From positions 10,140-74,139 of IMG/VR virus record IMGVR_UViG_3300034082_002445: a stretch of DNA of 64,000 nucleotides. One strand, written 5' to 3'. The notes beneath the pieces were generated by a model, which was not told the origin of the DNA, ran no database searches, and saw nothing but the letters and a program-made list of their open reading frames with translations. Positions 6,988 through 15,757 of the stretch are shown here, one piece after another (position 1 is the stretch's first letter; each line of letters starts with the position of its first letter). Source of the stretch: a virus (taxonomy: Duplodnaviria; Heunggongvirae; Uroviricota; Caudoviricetes). A program made the position numbers and the translations under genes.

Positions 6988-8031
6988 GTGGAATTATTAA
7001 CTTACGAATCATTTATAAACAGTTCTAAGATCGTTGAATCTAGAAGACAACTACTAATAAACATCTTTAATCAATTTGAAGATATTAAGCCGATTATGAA
7101 CGAGGCTATTGCTATCATAGAACTTGGATCTTTAGACGAGGCTTTCGAAGGAGAAATCAATGAAGAAAGCATCATGGCTAAAATGAAAGATAAATTAGCT
7201 CAAGCTGTTGCTGTTGCAAAAGAAAAAGGCAAAGAAGCCTTGACTGGAGCTCAACAAAAAATTATTCAATTAGGTGGAAGTATTGGTAGTGTTATTAAAT
7301 TAATGATTGGTAAATTAAAAGAATGGATTTCAGCTGCATTTACAGCTGCTAAAGGATTTTATGCCAAAGCTGCTCAAGCTAAATCAGCTGATATTAAGGA
7401 TATGGTTAGTAAAGCAAGCGATGATACAAAGAATTTAATGATTAAAGAAATAGGACATTTAAAAACAGTTACTTCTTCTACTGCTTCATGGGTAATGAGT
7501 GGATTTTCTAAAGATGCAACTAAAGCTGCGGCTGAAGCTGCTAAAGAAGATGTTAAAGAATCATTTGAATTGGTAATTTTAGAATCTATTAATGAAGCTG
7601 TTTTATCAGGTGAATTGGACTTTACAGATCTTTTAGAATCTGATGGTCACAGTGCTGGAATTCCGTTTGTTAGTGCTATTGCACATAAAATGCACCATAT
7701 TCCTCCATTTAATCTATTAGACAAAGTAAAACAAGGAGCTGAGAAAGTTGCCTCCGGAGTTTTAAATAAACTTTCATATTATGCAACTGAATTAGCAGGT
7801 GCTCCAGGCCCATTTAAATTTGTTGCTCTGGCCGCCATTATTGGTATTATAGCTGAAGTACAGTTTAAAGGTATTGCAAAACATGCAGTTTTACACGCTG
7901 TTCCTGGATTAGGTTTAATGGCTTCTATTATATCTAACGTTGCAATGGCATTAGCCGTTGTTGGTATTGTTGAAGCGCTTATCGCTAAAAAAGATGGCGA
8001 TGAAGAAGGTCACGACAAAGCTGAAGCCTAA
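6988..8031 (+). CDS. Hypothetical protein: A/K-rich helical N-terminal half, two hydrophobic C-terminal helices
   Basis: ORF track; no recognisable catalytic motif. Confidence 0.5.
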   Translation: MELLTYESFINSSKIVESRRQLLINIFNQFEDIKPIMNEAIAIIELGSLDEAFEGEINEESIMAKMKDKLAQAVAVAKEKGKEALTGAQQKIIQLGGSIGSVIKLMIGKLKEWISAAFTAAKGFYAKAAQAKSADIKDMVSKASDDTKNLMIKEIGHLKTVTSSTASWVMSGFSKDATKAAAEAAKEDVKESFELVILESINEAVLSGELDFTDLLESDGHSAGIPFVSAIAHKMHHIPPFNLLDKVKQGAEKVASGVLNKLSYYATELAGAPGPFKFVALAAIIGIIAEVQFKGIAKHAVLHAVPGLGLMASIISNVAMALAVVGIVEALIAKKDGDEEGHDKAEA

Positions 8032-8077
8032 CTGAAACATTATTTTATTAGGGAGTATAACTCTAAAATAAAATTAC

Positions 8078-9172
8078 ATGGACTCAAAAGAATTTCTTTA
8101 CAATTATCTAAACGCATTTTCACCAGTTGGTCAAGAGACCGAAGGACAGAAAATTTGGGCAGATTATATTAGACCATTTGCCGATCAAGTAAAAGTCGAT
8201 GCTTATGGTACTGCTTATGGCATCTTAAAAGGCAGCACAGCTGACCAAGATTTATCGCACAGATACGCTGAGCCATATCGAGTAGTTTTAGAAGCACATT
8301 GTGATGAAATTGCATGGATCATTACTCAAATCGAAAAAGACGGTTACGTTCGAGTTAAAAGAGCTGGTGGATCTGATAATATGATCGCAGCTTCAAAATC
8401 TGTGATCGTACATACTCATAAAGGTCAAAAAGTTAAAGCATTCTTTGGTTCTCCAGCAGTTCATGTTAGAGAAAAATACACCGAAATGGGACCAGATCAG
8501 CATGAATTATGGTTGGATTTTGGAGTTGATTCAGCTGACAAAGTAAAAGAACTTGGAGTTGAAGTTGGCTGTATGGTTACTTTTGACGATCAGTTTAGTG
8601 AGTTAGGTGACTATTATGTTGGTCGTTCATTGGATAATAAGATTGGTGGTTATATCATCGCTGAAGCTCTTTTACGCATTTCAAAAATGAATCATCGTTT
8701 ACCATTTGACTTATATGTAGTTAACTCAGTCCAAGAAGAGGTTGGCTTATTTGGAGCTCGTATGATTGCTCAAACTATCAAAGCTGATATTGCATTAGTA
8801 CATGATGTTTGTCACAATACGAATCATCCAATGATGAATAAAGCCAAAGATGGCGATATTGAAGGTGGCAAAGGACCTTGTGTTGAATATACTGCACAAA
8901 ACCATCGCAAACTGATCAAACTTTATCGCGATACAGCCCATGATCTTGAGATACCACTTCAATTAACAGTTGGATCTTATGGAAATGATACAGTTTCTTT
9001 CTTCTTAGAGAATACTCCGACTGCAATTTTAGCAACACCATTGAAATACATGCACACAACGGTTGAAATGGCACATAAAGATGACGTTGAAAACGCTATT
9101 ACACTATTTGTCAATACTTTATTAAACCTAACGGTTTATGAAATCGAATCTATAAAAAATCCTAGAATCTAA
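8078..9172 (+). CDS. M42-family metallo-aminopeptidase (FrvX / endoglucanase-like peptidase)
   Basis: EAHCDEIAW (HxDEIG-like), RSLDNKIGG, VQEEVGLFGA, and C-terminal H...E metal ligands. Confidence 0.7.
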   Translation: MDSKEFLYNYLNAFSPVGQETEGQKIWADYIRPFADQVKVDAYGTAYGILKGSTADQDLSHRYAEPYRVVLEAHCDEIAWIITQIEKDGYVRVKRAGGSDNMIAASKSVIVHTHKGQKVKAFFGSPAVHVREKYTEMGPDQHELWLDFGVDSADKVKELGVEVGCMVTFDDQFSELGDYYVGRSLDNKIGGYIIAEALLRISKMNHRLPFDLYVVNSVQEEVGLFGARMIAQTIKADIALVHDVCHNTNHPMMNKAKDGDIEGGKGPCVEYTAQNHRKLIKLYRDTAHDLEIPLQLTVGSYGNDTVSFFLENTPTAILATPLKYMHTTVEMAHKDDVENAITLFVNTLLNLTVYEIESIKNPRI

Positions 9173-9354
9173 TGGAAACCTACATTATTGTAAAAAACAT
9201 CACAACTGAAACTGGCACACTTCCAGTCCTAATTCTAGATGGTCACTCTGAAATATTAGAATTTGACGATTTAGAAAAAGCTGAAGATACCAGGCAAATG
9301 CTACAAGAAAATAGTGATTCAGGTCATGTTTATACGATCAGAACTATCAAATGA
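9172..9354 (+). CDS. hypothetical protein (60 aa)
   Basis: ORF track; ATGA overlap with the upstream gene. Confidence 0.4.
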   Translation: METYIIVKNITTETGTLPVLILDGHSEILEFDDLEKAEDTRQMLQENSDSGHVYTIRTIK

Positions 9355-9403
9355 AACAATTCCAAACAGCTTCGTATAAAATCTGTAACTTAAAAAATAA
9401 AGT

Positions 9404-9823
9404 ATGACCGTTTACCATTCATTTAAGAGATTATCACAGAAGTTGGCAATTAGAATGCATAGGGCTATGGATCCTGCACAGCACACTCAGCCAACAGAGT
9501 TTGAATTTGAAACTTTAGCAATTTGCAGATCACTAATTAATAGATCTAATTCAGAATTGTTAATTTCACCATTATCTGGTAAAAGATTTATCAAAAATTC
9601 AGATTCACAAATCTACTTTATTATTCAAGATGGCATGGTTGATATTATTAATCACACTTATTCTTATAATGTCAAAATTACTTTAAAGGCTTATCAGCGT
9701 TTGGTTAATGCCTTTGATATGGAAGTAGAATCTCGTCGCCAAGAAATGGAAGATGAGATCAGATCAAATGTAAAGCATTCATTAAAAACCATTTTTCAAA
9801 CACTTTCAAATGAAGCAATCTAA
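9404..9823 (+). CDS. hypothetical protein
   Basis: ORF track. Confidence 0.45.
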   Translation: MTVYHSFKRLSQKLAIRMHRAMDPAQHTQPTEFEFETLAICRSLINRSNSELLISPLSGKRFIKNSDSQIYFIIQDGMVDIINHTYSYNVKITLKAYQRLVNAFDMEVESRRQEMEDEIRSNVKHSLKTIFQTLSNEAI

Positions 9824-10064
9824 ACTGCTATTCCTAGGAGGCGCATTTACCATATTATTAATTGTTGGCTTTTGTGGCATGATTATTTGGGCATTTATTA
9901 CTAAAAGCGATAATGTACCATTTCAATCAGTCAAAGAAAAGAAAGATTCAGTAGCAATTGAGATCAAAGAAGTAAAAGTGCCAGTTTATGTTCATGACAC
10001 AGTTACAATTAAAATTCCATGTCGTAAACAACACTGTGAAATAAAAACAGACACTGCACAATAA
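9810..10064 (+). CDS. hypothetical small membrane protein
   Basis: N-terminal transmembrane helix LLFLGGAFTILLIVGFCGMIIWAFI. Confidence 0.45.
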   Translation: MKQSKLLFLGGAFTILLIVGFCGMIIWAFITKSDNVPFQSVKEKKDSVAIEIKEVKVPVYVHDTVTIKIPCRKQHCEIKTDTAQ

Positions 10065-10101
10065 TTTTGAAACAAAAAAGAAAACAAATATATAATTAAC
10101 A

Positions 10102-10278
10102 ATGGAAAACTACAACAAAATCATCGCAGTTCTAGAAGAAGCTAGAGCAGATGCAGAAAAATTCTTTGAAAAAGGAAATAAAGCAGCTGGCACACGTGTT
10201 CGTAAAGCAATGCAAGATGTTAAAGCATTAGCACAAGCAGTACGCACAGAAGTTTCTGAAAAGAACAAAGAAGCGTAA
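10102..10278 (+). CDS. Small histone H1-like DNA-binding protein (58 aa); below the ORF-track length cutoff
   Basis: MENYNKIIAVLEEARADAEKFFEKGNKAAGTRVRKAMQDVKALAQAVRTEVSEKNKEA; the GNKAAGTRxRK core matches bacterial histone H1-like proteins as I recall them. Confidence 0.5.
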   Translation: MENYNKIIAVLEEARADAEKFFEKGNKAAGTRVRKAMQDVKALAQAVRTEVSEKNKEA

Positions 10279-10324
10279 AACGCATTAAAGGTTTCTTACA
10301 GCAATAAAACAGCATATAGAACCG

Positions 10325-10346
10325 GTACATTGTAGGTTCGAGTCCT
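10325..10346 (+). other. Orphan copy of the 3' T-arm of tRNA-Tyr, followed by an unrelated small hairpin
   Basis: cattgtaggttcgagtcctacc here versus catgtaggttcgagtcctacc at 1258-1278; no matching 5' half. Confidence 0.4.
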
Positions 10347-10487
10347 ACCTCTTATCGAAAGATAATTGTGGCGAAATTGGTAAACGCGCTGGTAAGCAAA
10401 AACAGAAACCTGACCTTATTGGGATACCTACAGCAACTACACAAAACTTCAATCTATAATGAACCAAAATGTGTATCCCGTTATTTT

Positions 10488-10560
10488 GCCTCCTTAGCTC
10501 AGCTGGTAGAGCAACTGATTTGTAATCAGTAGGTCGCTGGTTCGATCCCGGCAGGAGGCT
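10488..10560 (+). tRNA. tRNA-Thr(TGT)
   Basis: Acceptor gcctcct/aggaggc, anticodon actga-ttTGTaa-tcagt, T-arm gctggttcgatcccggc. Confidence 0.85.
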
Positions 10561-10598
10561 CACCTAACTTTTTTACCTTTTACATAGATATATAGTTT

Positions 10599-11288
10599 AT
10601 GGAAAAGTTAAAAAAGAAACAAGCCACTAGAAGAAAATATCATTACATTTATAAAACAATCTGTATCATTACAAATAAATTTTATATTGGAATGCACTCA
10701 ACTGACAACTTAGAAGATGGTTATATTGGTTCAGGTAAAAGACTTTGGTACTCAATAAACAAATACGGCAAAGAAAATCATACTTGTGAGATATTAGAGT
10801 TCTTAGAATCAAGAGAACTTTTAAAAGAAAAAGAAAAACAATTAGTTAATCAGGATCTTTTAAATGATTCAATGTGTATGAATCTTGCAATTGGTGGAGA
10901 AGGAGGCCATGGCTCTAAATTTTTAACTAAAGAACAATTAGCAAAAGGCGGTAAAAATTCTATGGCTATTATAAAATTACTTAGAGAAACTGATCCAGAA
11001 TATGCTAAAATAAATAGTAAGTCTATATCAAAGTCATATTATAAGGCGATTGAAGAGGGAAGAAGAATACCAAAAGCTTGGGGTAATTGGACTGGTAGGA
11101 AACACAAATTAGAAACTATTGAAAAATTAAAAGGTCATAGTCATCAAGTTGGTTTAAATAATTCCCAATATGGAAAATGTTGGATAACAAATGGAATTGA
11201 AAGCCAAAAGATTTACAAAGGCGATTCTATTCCAGAAGGCTGGAAATTAGGTCGTAAACAAATTTTGAAACAAAATAAAAACAATTAA
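10599..11288 (+). CDS. GIY-YIG homing endonuclease (I-TevI / Seg-like) with C-terminal NUMOD-like DNA-binding repeats
   Basis: YHYIYKTICIITNKFYIGMHSTDNLEDGYIGSGKRL (GIY-YIG core), followed by basic helix repeats; lies directly 3' of tRNA-Thr. Confidence 0.8.
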   Translation: MEKLKKKQATRRKYHYIYKTICIITNKFYIGMHSTDNLEDGYIGSGKRLWYSINKYGKENHTCEILEFLESRELLKEKEKQLVNQDLLNDSMCMNLAIGGEGGHGSKFLTKEQLAKGGKNSMAIIKLLRETDPEYAKINSKSISKSYYKAIEEGRRIPKAWGNWTGRKHKLETIEKLKGHSHQVGLNNSQYGKCWITNGIESQKIYKGDSIPEGWKLGRKQILKQNKNN

Positions 11289-11298
11289 TATAACTATT

Positions 11299-11466
11299 AT
11301 GAACAAAGAACAATTTTTAGGATTTTTACGTCACACTTTAACTGTATTAGGTGGTGTATTAGTAGCAAGAGGTTATATGGATGATTCAATGTTAGCTGAA
11401 GGTGCAGGTATTATTACTGCTCTTGTAGGTTTTATTTGGTCAGCAGCTTCTAAGAAAACAGTATAA
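11299..11466 (+). CDS. Small two-transmembrane protein, holin-like (55 aa); below the ORF-track cutoff
   Basis: MNKEQFLGFLRHTLTVLGGVLVARGYMDDSMLAEGAGIITALVGFIWSAASKKTV: two hydrophobic helices and a charged C-terminus. Confidence 0.4.
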   Translation: MNKEQFLGFLRHTLTVLGGVLVARGYMDDSMLAEGAGIITALVGFIWSAASKKTV

Positions 11467-11547
11467 TTATATGGTGTCTCGGTACGCTCTGACGAAAGTT
11501 AACGACGAGGTCTCGGTTGGCAGACGGCCTCTGATCCAACCCACATT

Positions 11548-11623
11548 GCGAAAGTAGCTCAGCTGGTAGAGCTCCAGTTTACCAAACTGGAGGTCGCGGG
11601 TTCGAATCCCGTCTTTCGCTCCA
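11548..11623 (+). tRNA. tRNA with anticodon loop TTACCAA; anticodon ACC (Gly) if the loop is the canonical 7 nt; CCA encoded
   Basis: Acceptor gcgaaag/ctttcgc, anticodon stem ccagt/actgg, T-arm gcgggttcgaatcccgt; backbone nearly identical to tRNA-Thr at 10488. Confidence 0.6.
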
Positions 11624-11641
11624 CTTTTAATTCAAAACAAA

Positions 11642-11971
11642 ATGACTGAAAACGAAATTTTCAAATTCGGTGAGATTCAATATCTAACAGGACGCTTAGA
11701 TGAACTTTACTACAAAGCATTACCAAATGTCTTAGATCTACATGGTAACAGAGGTATTGATGCCAGAATCGGTAAATACTTAGATAAGTTAAAATCAGTT
11801 GATGAGACAGCTTATTATCTTTACATGGTCGAGCATACTAATAGATCTCATGCCAGAACCAAAAGTCAAAAAGTAATTAAGAATATTTTAACTGAAGTTT
11901 TGGATCACGTGTCAGATGAGCCCTTAAAAGAAAAGATTCAAAGACATTTACATAAATACAGAAATGTATAA
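11642..11971 (+). CDS. hypothetical protein
   Basis: ORF track. Confidence 0.45.
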   Translation: MTENEIFKFGEIQYLTGRLDELYYKALPNVLDLHGNRGIDARIGKYLDKLKSVDETAYYLYMVEHTNRSHARTKSQKVIKNILTEVLDHVSDEPLKEKIQRHLHKYRNV

Positions 11972-12092
11972 GATAATTTTAATGTTTTGTGCAGTTTTCA
12001 TGGTGTTGGTATTTGTAATGGAATATCCAACATGGAGACGAGCAAAAAGAAAAGCCAAAAGAAAAGCAGAACGAGAGAGAAATAAATAAGTC

Positions 12093-12686
12093 ATGAAGAA
12101 ACTATTATTGATAGCACTGCTATTAATTACAAATTTAACATACGCACAACACAGAAGAGACTCAGTTAGAATTAAGACTGATATTTTTGAAGTAGTTTAT
12201 TCAGAAGTTTTAGAACAACCAAGATGGATTCAATATTATGTTGAATGTCCAGATGGAACAGCCCCAAGATCTGGCTTAGAATTTAGATCTTATCCCAAAG
12301 TTAAAACATCTGATGATTCAGATTACGTAAATAATGTTTACGACAAAGGTCACATGGCACCAGCTGCCGATTTTGCATGTGATAGGTTTACAATAGCCAA
12401 AACATTTACTTATATCAATTGTGCTCTGCAACACCAAGATTTAAACAGAGGTGTTTGGAAAAACTTAGAAGTTTTCGAAAGAAATTTAGCTTTACGTGGC
12501 ATAAAGGTAAAAGTTACTATTAAAGTTGATTTTACCAATGCAAAGAAATTATCCACAGGAGCCACAATCCCAACAGGCTTTTGGAAAATGATAGAAGCAG
12601 ACGGAAAGGTTTATGAATTTTACTTTCTAAACGTAACTCCTACAAAATCAGATTTCATGTTATATCAAACTAATTGCTGTAAATAA
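12093..12686 (+). CDS. Secreted DNA/RNA non-specific endonuclease (EndoG / Serratia nuclease family)
   Basis: Signal peptide MKKLLLIALLLITNLTYA; catalytic DKGHMAPAADF (DRGH motif). Confidence 0.75.
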   Translation: MKKLLLIALLLITNLTYAQHRRDSVRIKTDIFEVVYSEVLEQPRWIQYYVECPDGTAPRSGLEFRSYPKVKTSDDSDYVNNVYDKGHMAPAADFACDRFTIAKTFTYINCALQHQDLNRGVWKNLEVFERNLALRGIKVKVTIKVDFTNAKKLSTGATIPTGFWKMIEADGKVYEFYFLNVTPTKSDFMLYQTNCCK

Positions 12687-13309
12687 TGCAATCAAATACA
12701 AACCAAAATCGAGTACTACATATTGTAACTCGATGCAGTAGAATAAACAATATCATAACAGTTGGTCAATCTATTCCAGTAAAAGATGATGGAATACAAT
12801 GGCATATTATCTTTGATGCAAACGTCTTAAAAGATGTTAGTACTGAGATTCTTAGCACATTGCAACGAGATTATAATGCTAAATTATACTTTGAATATTC
12901 TCAAAATGATTATCTTTACACAAGAATGAATAATGTCATTATTGATAATATCAAAGATGGTTGGGTATATTCTTTAGATGATGACAATATTTTACACCAA
13001 GAGCTGTTTGACAATTTTAAATTAAATTTAGATTTTTGTGAACAGTCTAACTTATTTGCAATGATTTTTAATCAAGATGTTTCATACAAAGATTGGACAG
13101 ATCTTGATGTTAGGTTTGCAAAACCAGAGAATATGCGAGTTACTAAAATTGATCTAGCCCAATTTATTTTACACAGAACTGTCTTTAATAATTTTGAGTT
13201 TGAAGCTAGATATGATGCAGATGGTCGATTTATAGAGAGACTGTACGAAAACAACCCAGATAGATTTTTATTCATAGACAAGATTCTATCATACTATAAT
13301 TATTTATAA
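12686..13309 (+). CDS. Hypothetical protein, possibly a nucleotide-sugar transferase-like fold (weak)
   Basis: ORF track; a DDDN acidic motif only. Confidence 0.35.
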   Translation: MQSNTNQNRVLHIVTRCSRINNIITVGQSIPVKDDGIQWHIIFDANVLKDVSTEILSTLQRDYNAKLYFEYSQNDYLYTRMNNVIIDNIKDGWVYSLDDDNILHQELFDNFKLNLDFCEQSNLFAMIFNQDVSYKDWTDLDVRFAKPENMRVTKIDLAQFILHRTVFNNFEFEARYDADGRFIERLYENNPDRFLFIDKILSYYNYL

Positions 13310-13720
13310 ATGATGCAATTATTAAACACACACCCTATTAAGAAGTCCGATTTGGGCTTTCATGGCAATTTATTTGGTGGTAAACTAATGAGCTGGATTG
13401 ATTCAGCTGCAGCTTCTTATGCCATGGAATATTGTCACAATAGAAGAATGGTTACTGTTAGAATCGATGAATGCATCTTTAAAAAACCAGCAAAAGAAGG
13501 CAGTTTATTAAAGATCTACGGCCGAATGGAAAAGATTGGCACTACAAGTTGTGAACTTTACATGGAAGCCAGATCATTTAATGTTTACACTCATGGTGAA
13601 GAGGTGATTCTTGAAACTAATATTACATTTGTTCGTATAGATGAAGATGGCAATCCAATTCCAATCAGTGACAAAGTAAAAAAGCAGTTTAATGAAACAA
13701 AAGTAAAGAATGATATATAA
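13310..13720 (+). CDS. Hotdog-fold acyl-CoA thioesterase (YciA / 4HBT-like)
   Basis: HGNLFGGKLMSWIDSAA and ...VTVRIDECIFKKPA, characteristic of hotdog thioesterases. Confidence 0.7.
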   Translation: MMQLLNTHPIKKSDLGFHGNLFGGKLMSWIDSAAASYAMEYCHNRRMVTVRIDECIFKKPAKEGSLLKIYGRMEKIGTTSCELYMEARSFNVYTHGEEVILETNITFVRIDEDGNPIPISDKVKKQFNETKVKNDI

Positions 13721-14030
13721 ATATCAAAGAAAACGTTCTTAAAGATATTGGACCCAAGGTATACGCTGCACCGATATAAAGTATAATAACAGAGTTGAAT
13801 ACGCAGTCACACAAAGTTATACCTTGCCTACAAGTTTGGAGCAACCTGAGTTTAGCGACTCAGATATGGCCGCGGTAATGATAGAGTAAAGGTAATTTAG
13901 TCGACCTCTACAGGCTTAGTCCCTCTGTACACCACTATCATCGTGCATCATGCTGTGAAGAGATGCTTTATAATGGGTAAGTGCTGAGCTTCAAACTTTT
14001 TTATTTTAAAGAACATTAAACGAAAATAAT
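13721..14030 (+). other. 310-bp ORF-free region of higher GC with several hairpins; candidate ncRNA
   Basis: No ORF of 60 aa or more in any frame; about 45% GC locally against about 33% for the window. Confidence 0.25.
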
Positions 14031-14486
14031 ATGTATTGGTATAAACTGTATAAAGAAATAAGATTGTGGTATATTTTCCGCAAAGTAGCCAAAGCTAATG
14101 AAGAATTCTTAGCTAATAACAATTTGCGAGTTGATTGGATCGGTAGGATCTATACCGTTCTTAATATGCCACCAGAAGTTTTGGCTTCTCCTGAAATAGC
14201 TCAAGAAGGTTGGGTATTTCAACAACTTCCAAAAATGACCAAAGTTTTAATGGAAATGGGTATTGCTGAAGCAGCCTTTCCTTCTATGGAAAAAATAGAA
14301 GGCACTGATGGCTTTTTAGTTGTCTTATGGCCAGAATTCGATAGACTTTCTTTTTGGTCTATTCTAGGTCACACTGTTTTGACTACAGTTATCATCATCC
14401 TTGCAAAATTAGGATTTAACTTAGCTGCCAATCATTGGGAAGCTATTAGTCAAATGTGTTCTAACACCTGGAATTACATTTTTTAA
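14031..14486 (+). CDS. hypothetical membrane protein
   Basis: ORF track; C-terminal transmembrane helix. Confidence 0.45.
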   Translation: MYWYKLYKEIRLWYIFRKVAKANEEFLANNNLRVDWIGRIYTVLNMPPEVLASPEIAQEGWVFQQLPKMTKVLMEMGIAEAAFPSMEKIEGTDGFLVVLWPEFDRLSFWSILGHTVLTTVIIILAKLGFNLAANHWEAISQMCSNTWNYIF

Positions 14487-15247
14487 TGCAAACAATTAAT
14501 AGAAGAGAAATTGGTGGCTTAAGGTTTTATGAAGTCTCAGACGACAATAAAATCATTGGCTTATTTCCATCTATCACAACTGTATTAGGTCAAACAAAAG
14601 ACCAATCAGGTTTAGATAAGTGGAAGAAAAGAGTTGGTGAATCTGAAGCCAATCGAATTTCGACTCTGTCTATGAATAGAGGAACAGTAATGCATCGCTT
14701 ACTTGAACTTTACAAACCAATTCCGGGTACTCAACAGGAAAAACTAGCAGATCTTAAAATATTAGCAGCAACTGATCATGAGGTCAATCAATTCAAAGAT
14801 CATGAATCTGGTGAATTGTTTTTGTCCGAGGGTTGGAAATTCTTTATGAAGTTTTGGTATAATTCATCTAGAACTTTATCCAGAGTCGAAGAGGTCTTAA
14901 CAGCCGAAGAATTCTTATGGACTGCTAGAATGGGTGGTTATGCTGGTACAGTTGATAATGTTTCCAAGACATTTGACAAAGGTGTTTTGATTATTGACTA
15001 CAAAAACAGTCGTAGACCAAAAGAAGAGCAATGGATCCAAGATTACTTTATGCAAGGATCTGCCTATTACATTGCTTATTGGGACAGGACTGGAATTAAA
15101 CCAAATGGGGTTGAAATTTGGATAGCAAACGAAGAGGATGCTATACCCCAAGTATTTTCTTTAGATGACTCTGATGTTAAGTTTTATTTTAAAGAATTTG
15201 TTAAACGCCTAAAACAATTCCACTTTCAACGTGGTACGAATATATAG
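14486..15247 (+). CDS. PD-(D/E)XK-family nuclease (Cas4 / RecB / YqaJ-like fold)
   Basis: GYAGTVDNV...VLIIDYKNSRRP fits D...(D/E)xK. Confidence 0.5.
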   Translation: MQTINRREIGGLRFYEVSDDNKIIGLFPSITTVLGQTKDQSGLDKWKKRVGESEANRISTLSMNRGTVMHRLLELYKPIPGTQQEKLADLKILAATDHEVNQFKDHESGELFLSEGWKFFMKFWYNSSRTLSRVEEVLTAEEFLWTARMGGYAGTVDNVSKTFDKGVLIIDYKNSRRPKEEQWIQDYFMQGSAYYIAYWDRTGIKPNGVEIWIANEEDAIPQVFSLDDSDVKFYFKEFVKRLKQFHFQRGTNI

Positions 15248-15266
15248 AAAAACAAAACCATAAATT

Positions 15267-15575
15267 ATGAATAAATTAAACGATTTCGTAACAAAACATT
15301 TTACTAAGATTGTAGTAATTATGTTAGTAGTATTATTCTTTAGATCTTGCGGAGACGGAGGAACTAAAGGTTTAAACAAACGTATTGACACTTTGACTGA
15401 AAAGGTTGAAGTTCTTGAAAACAAGATCGATGCTAGAGCAACCACAACTGATTTAATGATCGAAGGCCTAAAAGCTGAAAAGAGAATGATTCAGTCAACT
15501 GACAGAAAAATGTTAGATGTAACTAGACAAAGCGTTATTGATACTGAAATAGAAAAATTAGAGAAGTCTAAATAA
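15267..15575 (+). CDS. hypothetical membrane-anchored coiled-coil protein
   Basis: ORF track. Confidence 0.45.
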   Translation: MNKLNDFVTKHFTKIVVIMLVVLFFRSCGDGGTKGLNKRIDTLTEKVEVLENKIDARATTTDLMIEGLKAEKRMIQSTDRKMLDVTRQSVIDTEIEKLEKSK

Positions 15576-15577
15576 TA

Positions 15578-15757
15578 ATGGCTAAAGTAGTCAAATCGAG
15601 AGGATTAGGCGACGATATTGCTAAATTTACATCAGCAACTGGAATTGATAAGTTAGCTGAAAAATTAGCAAAGTTGGCTGGTGCTAATGATTGTGGCTGC
15701 GATGGCAGACAAGACAATTTAAATAAGTTGTTTCCAAAAAAGACAAAGAAAAAATGA
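15578..15757 (+). CDS. small hypothetical protein (59 aa)
   Basis: MAKVVKSRGLGDDIAKFTSATGIDKLAEKLAKLAGANDCGCDGRQDNLNKLFPKKTKKK; its stop overlaps the next start (ATGA). Confidence 0.4.
   Translation: MAKVVKSRGLGDDIAKFTSATGIDKLAEKLAKLAGANDCGCDGRQDNLNKLFPKKTKKK

Noticed and set aside
10372-10460. tRNA-like 5' half (gtggcgaaattggtaaacgcg resembles the D-arm of the Leu and Tyr tRNAs)
   Set aside because: No T-arm or complementary 3' acceptor strand lies downstream, so I treat it as a fragment only.
10345-10563. Minus-strand 72-aa ORF
   Set aside because: It overlaps tRNA-Thr and the tRNA-Tyr fragment on the opposite strand, so it is spurious.
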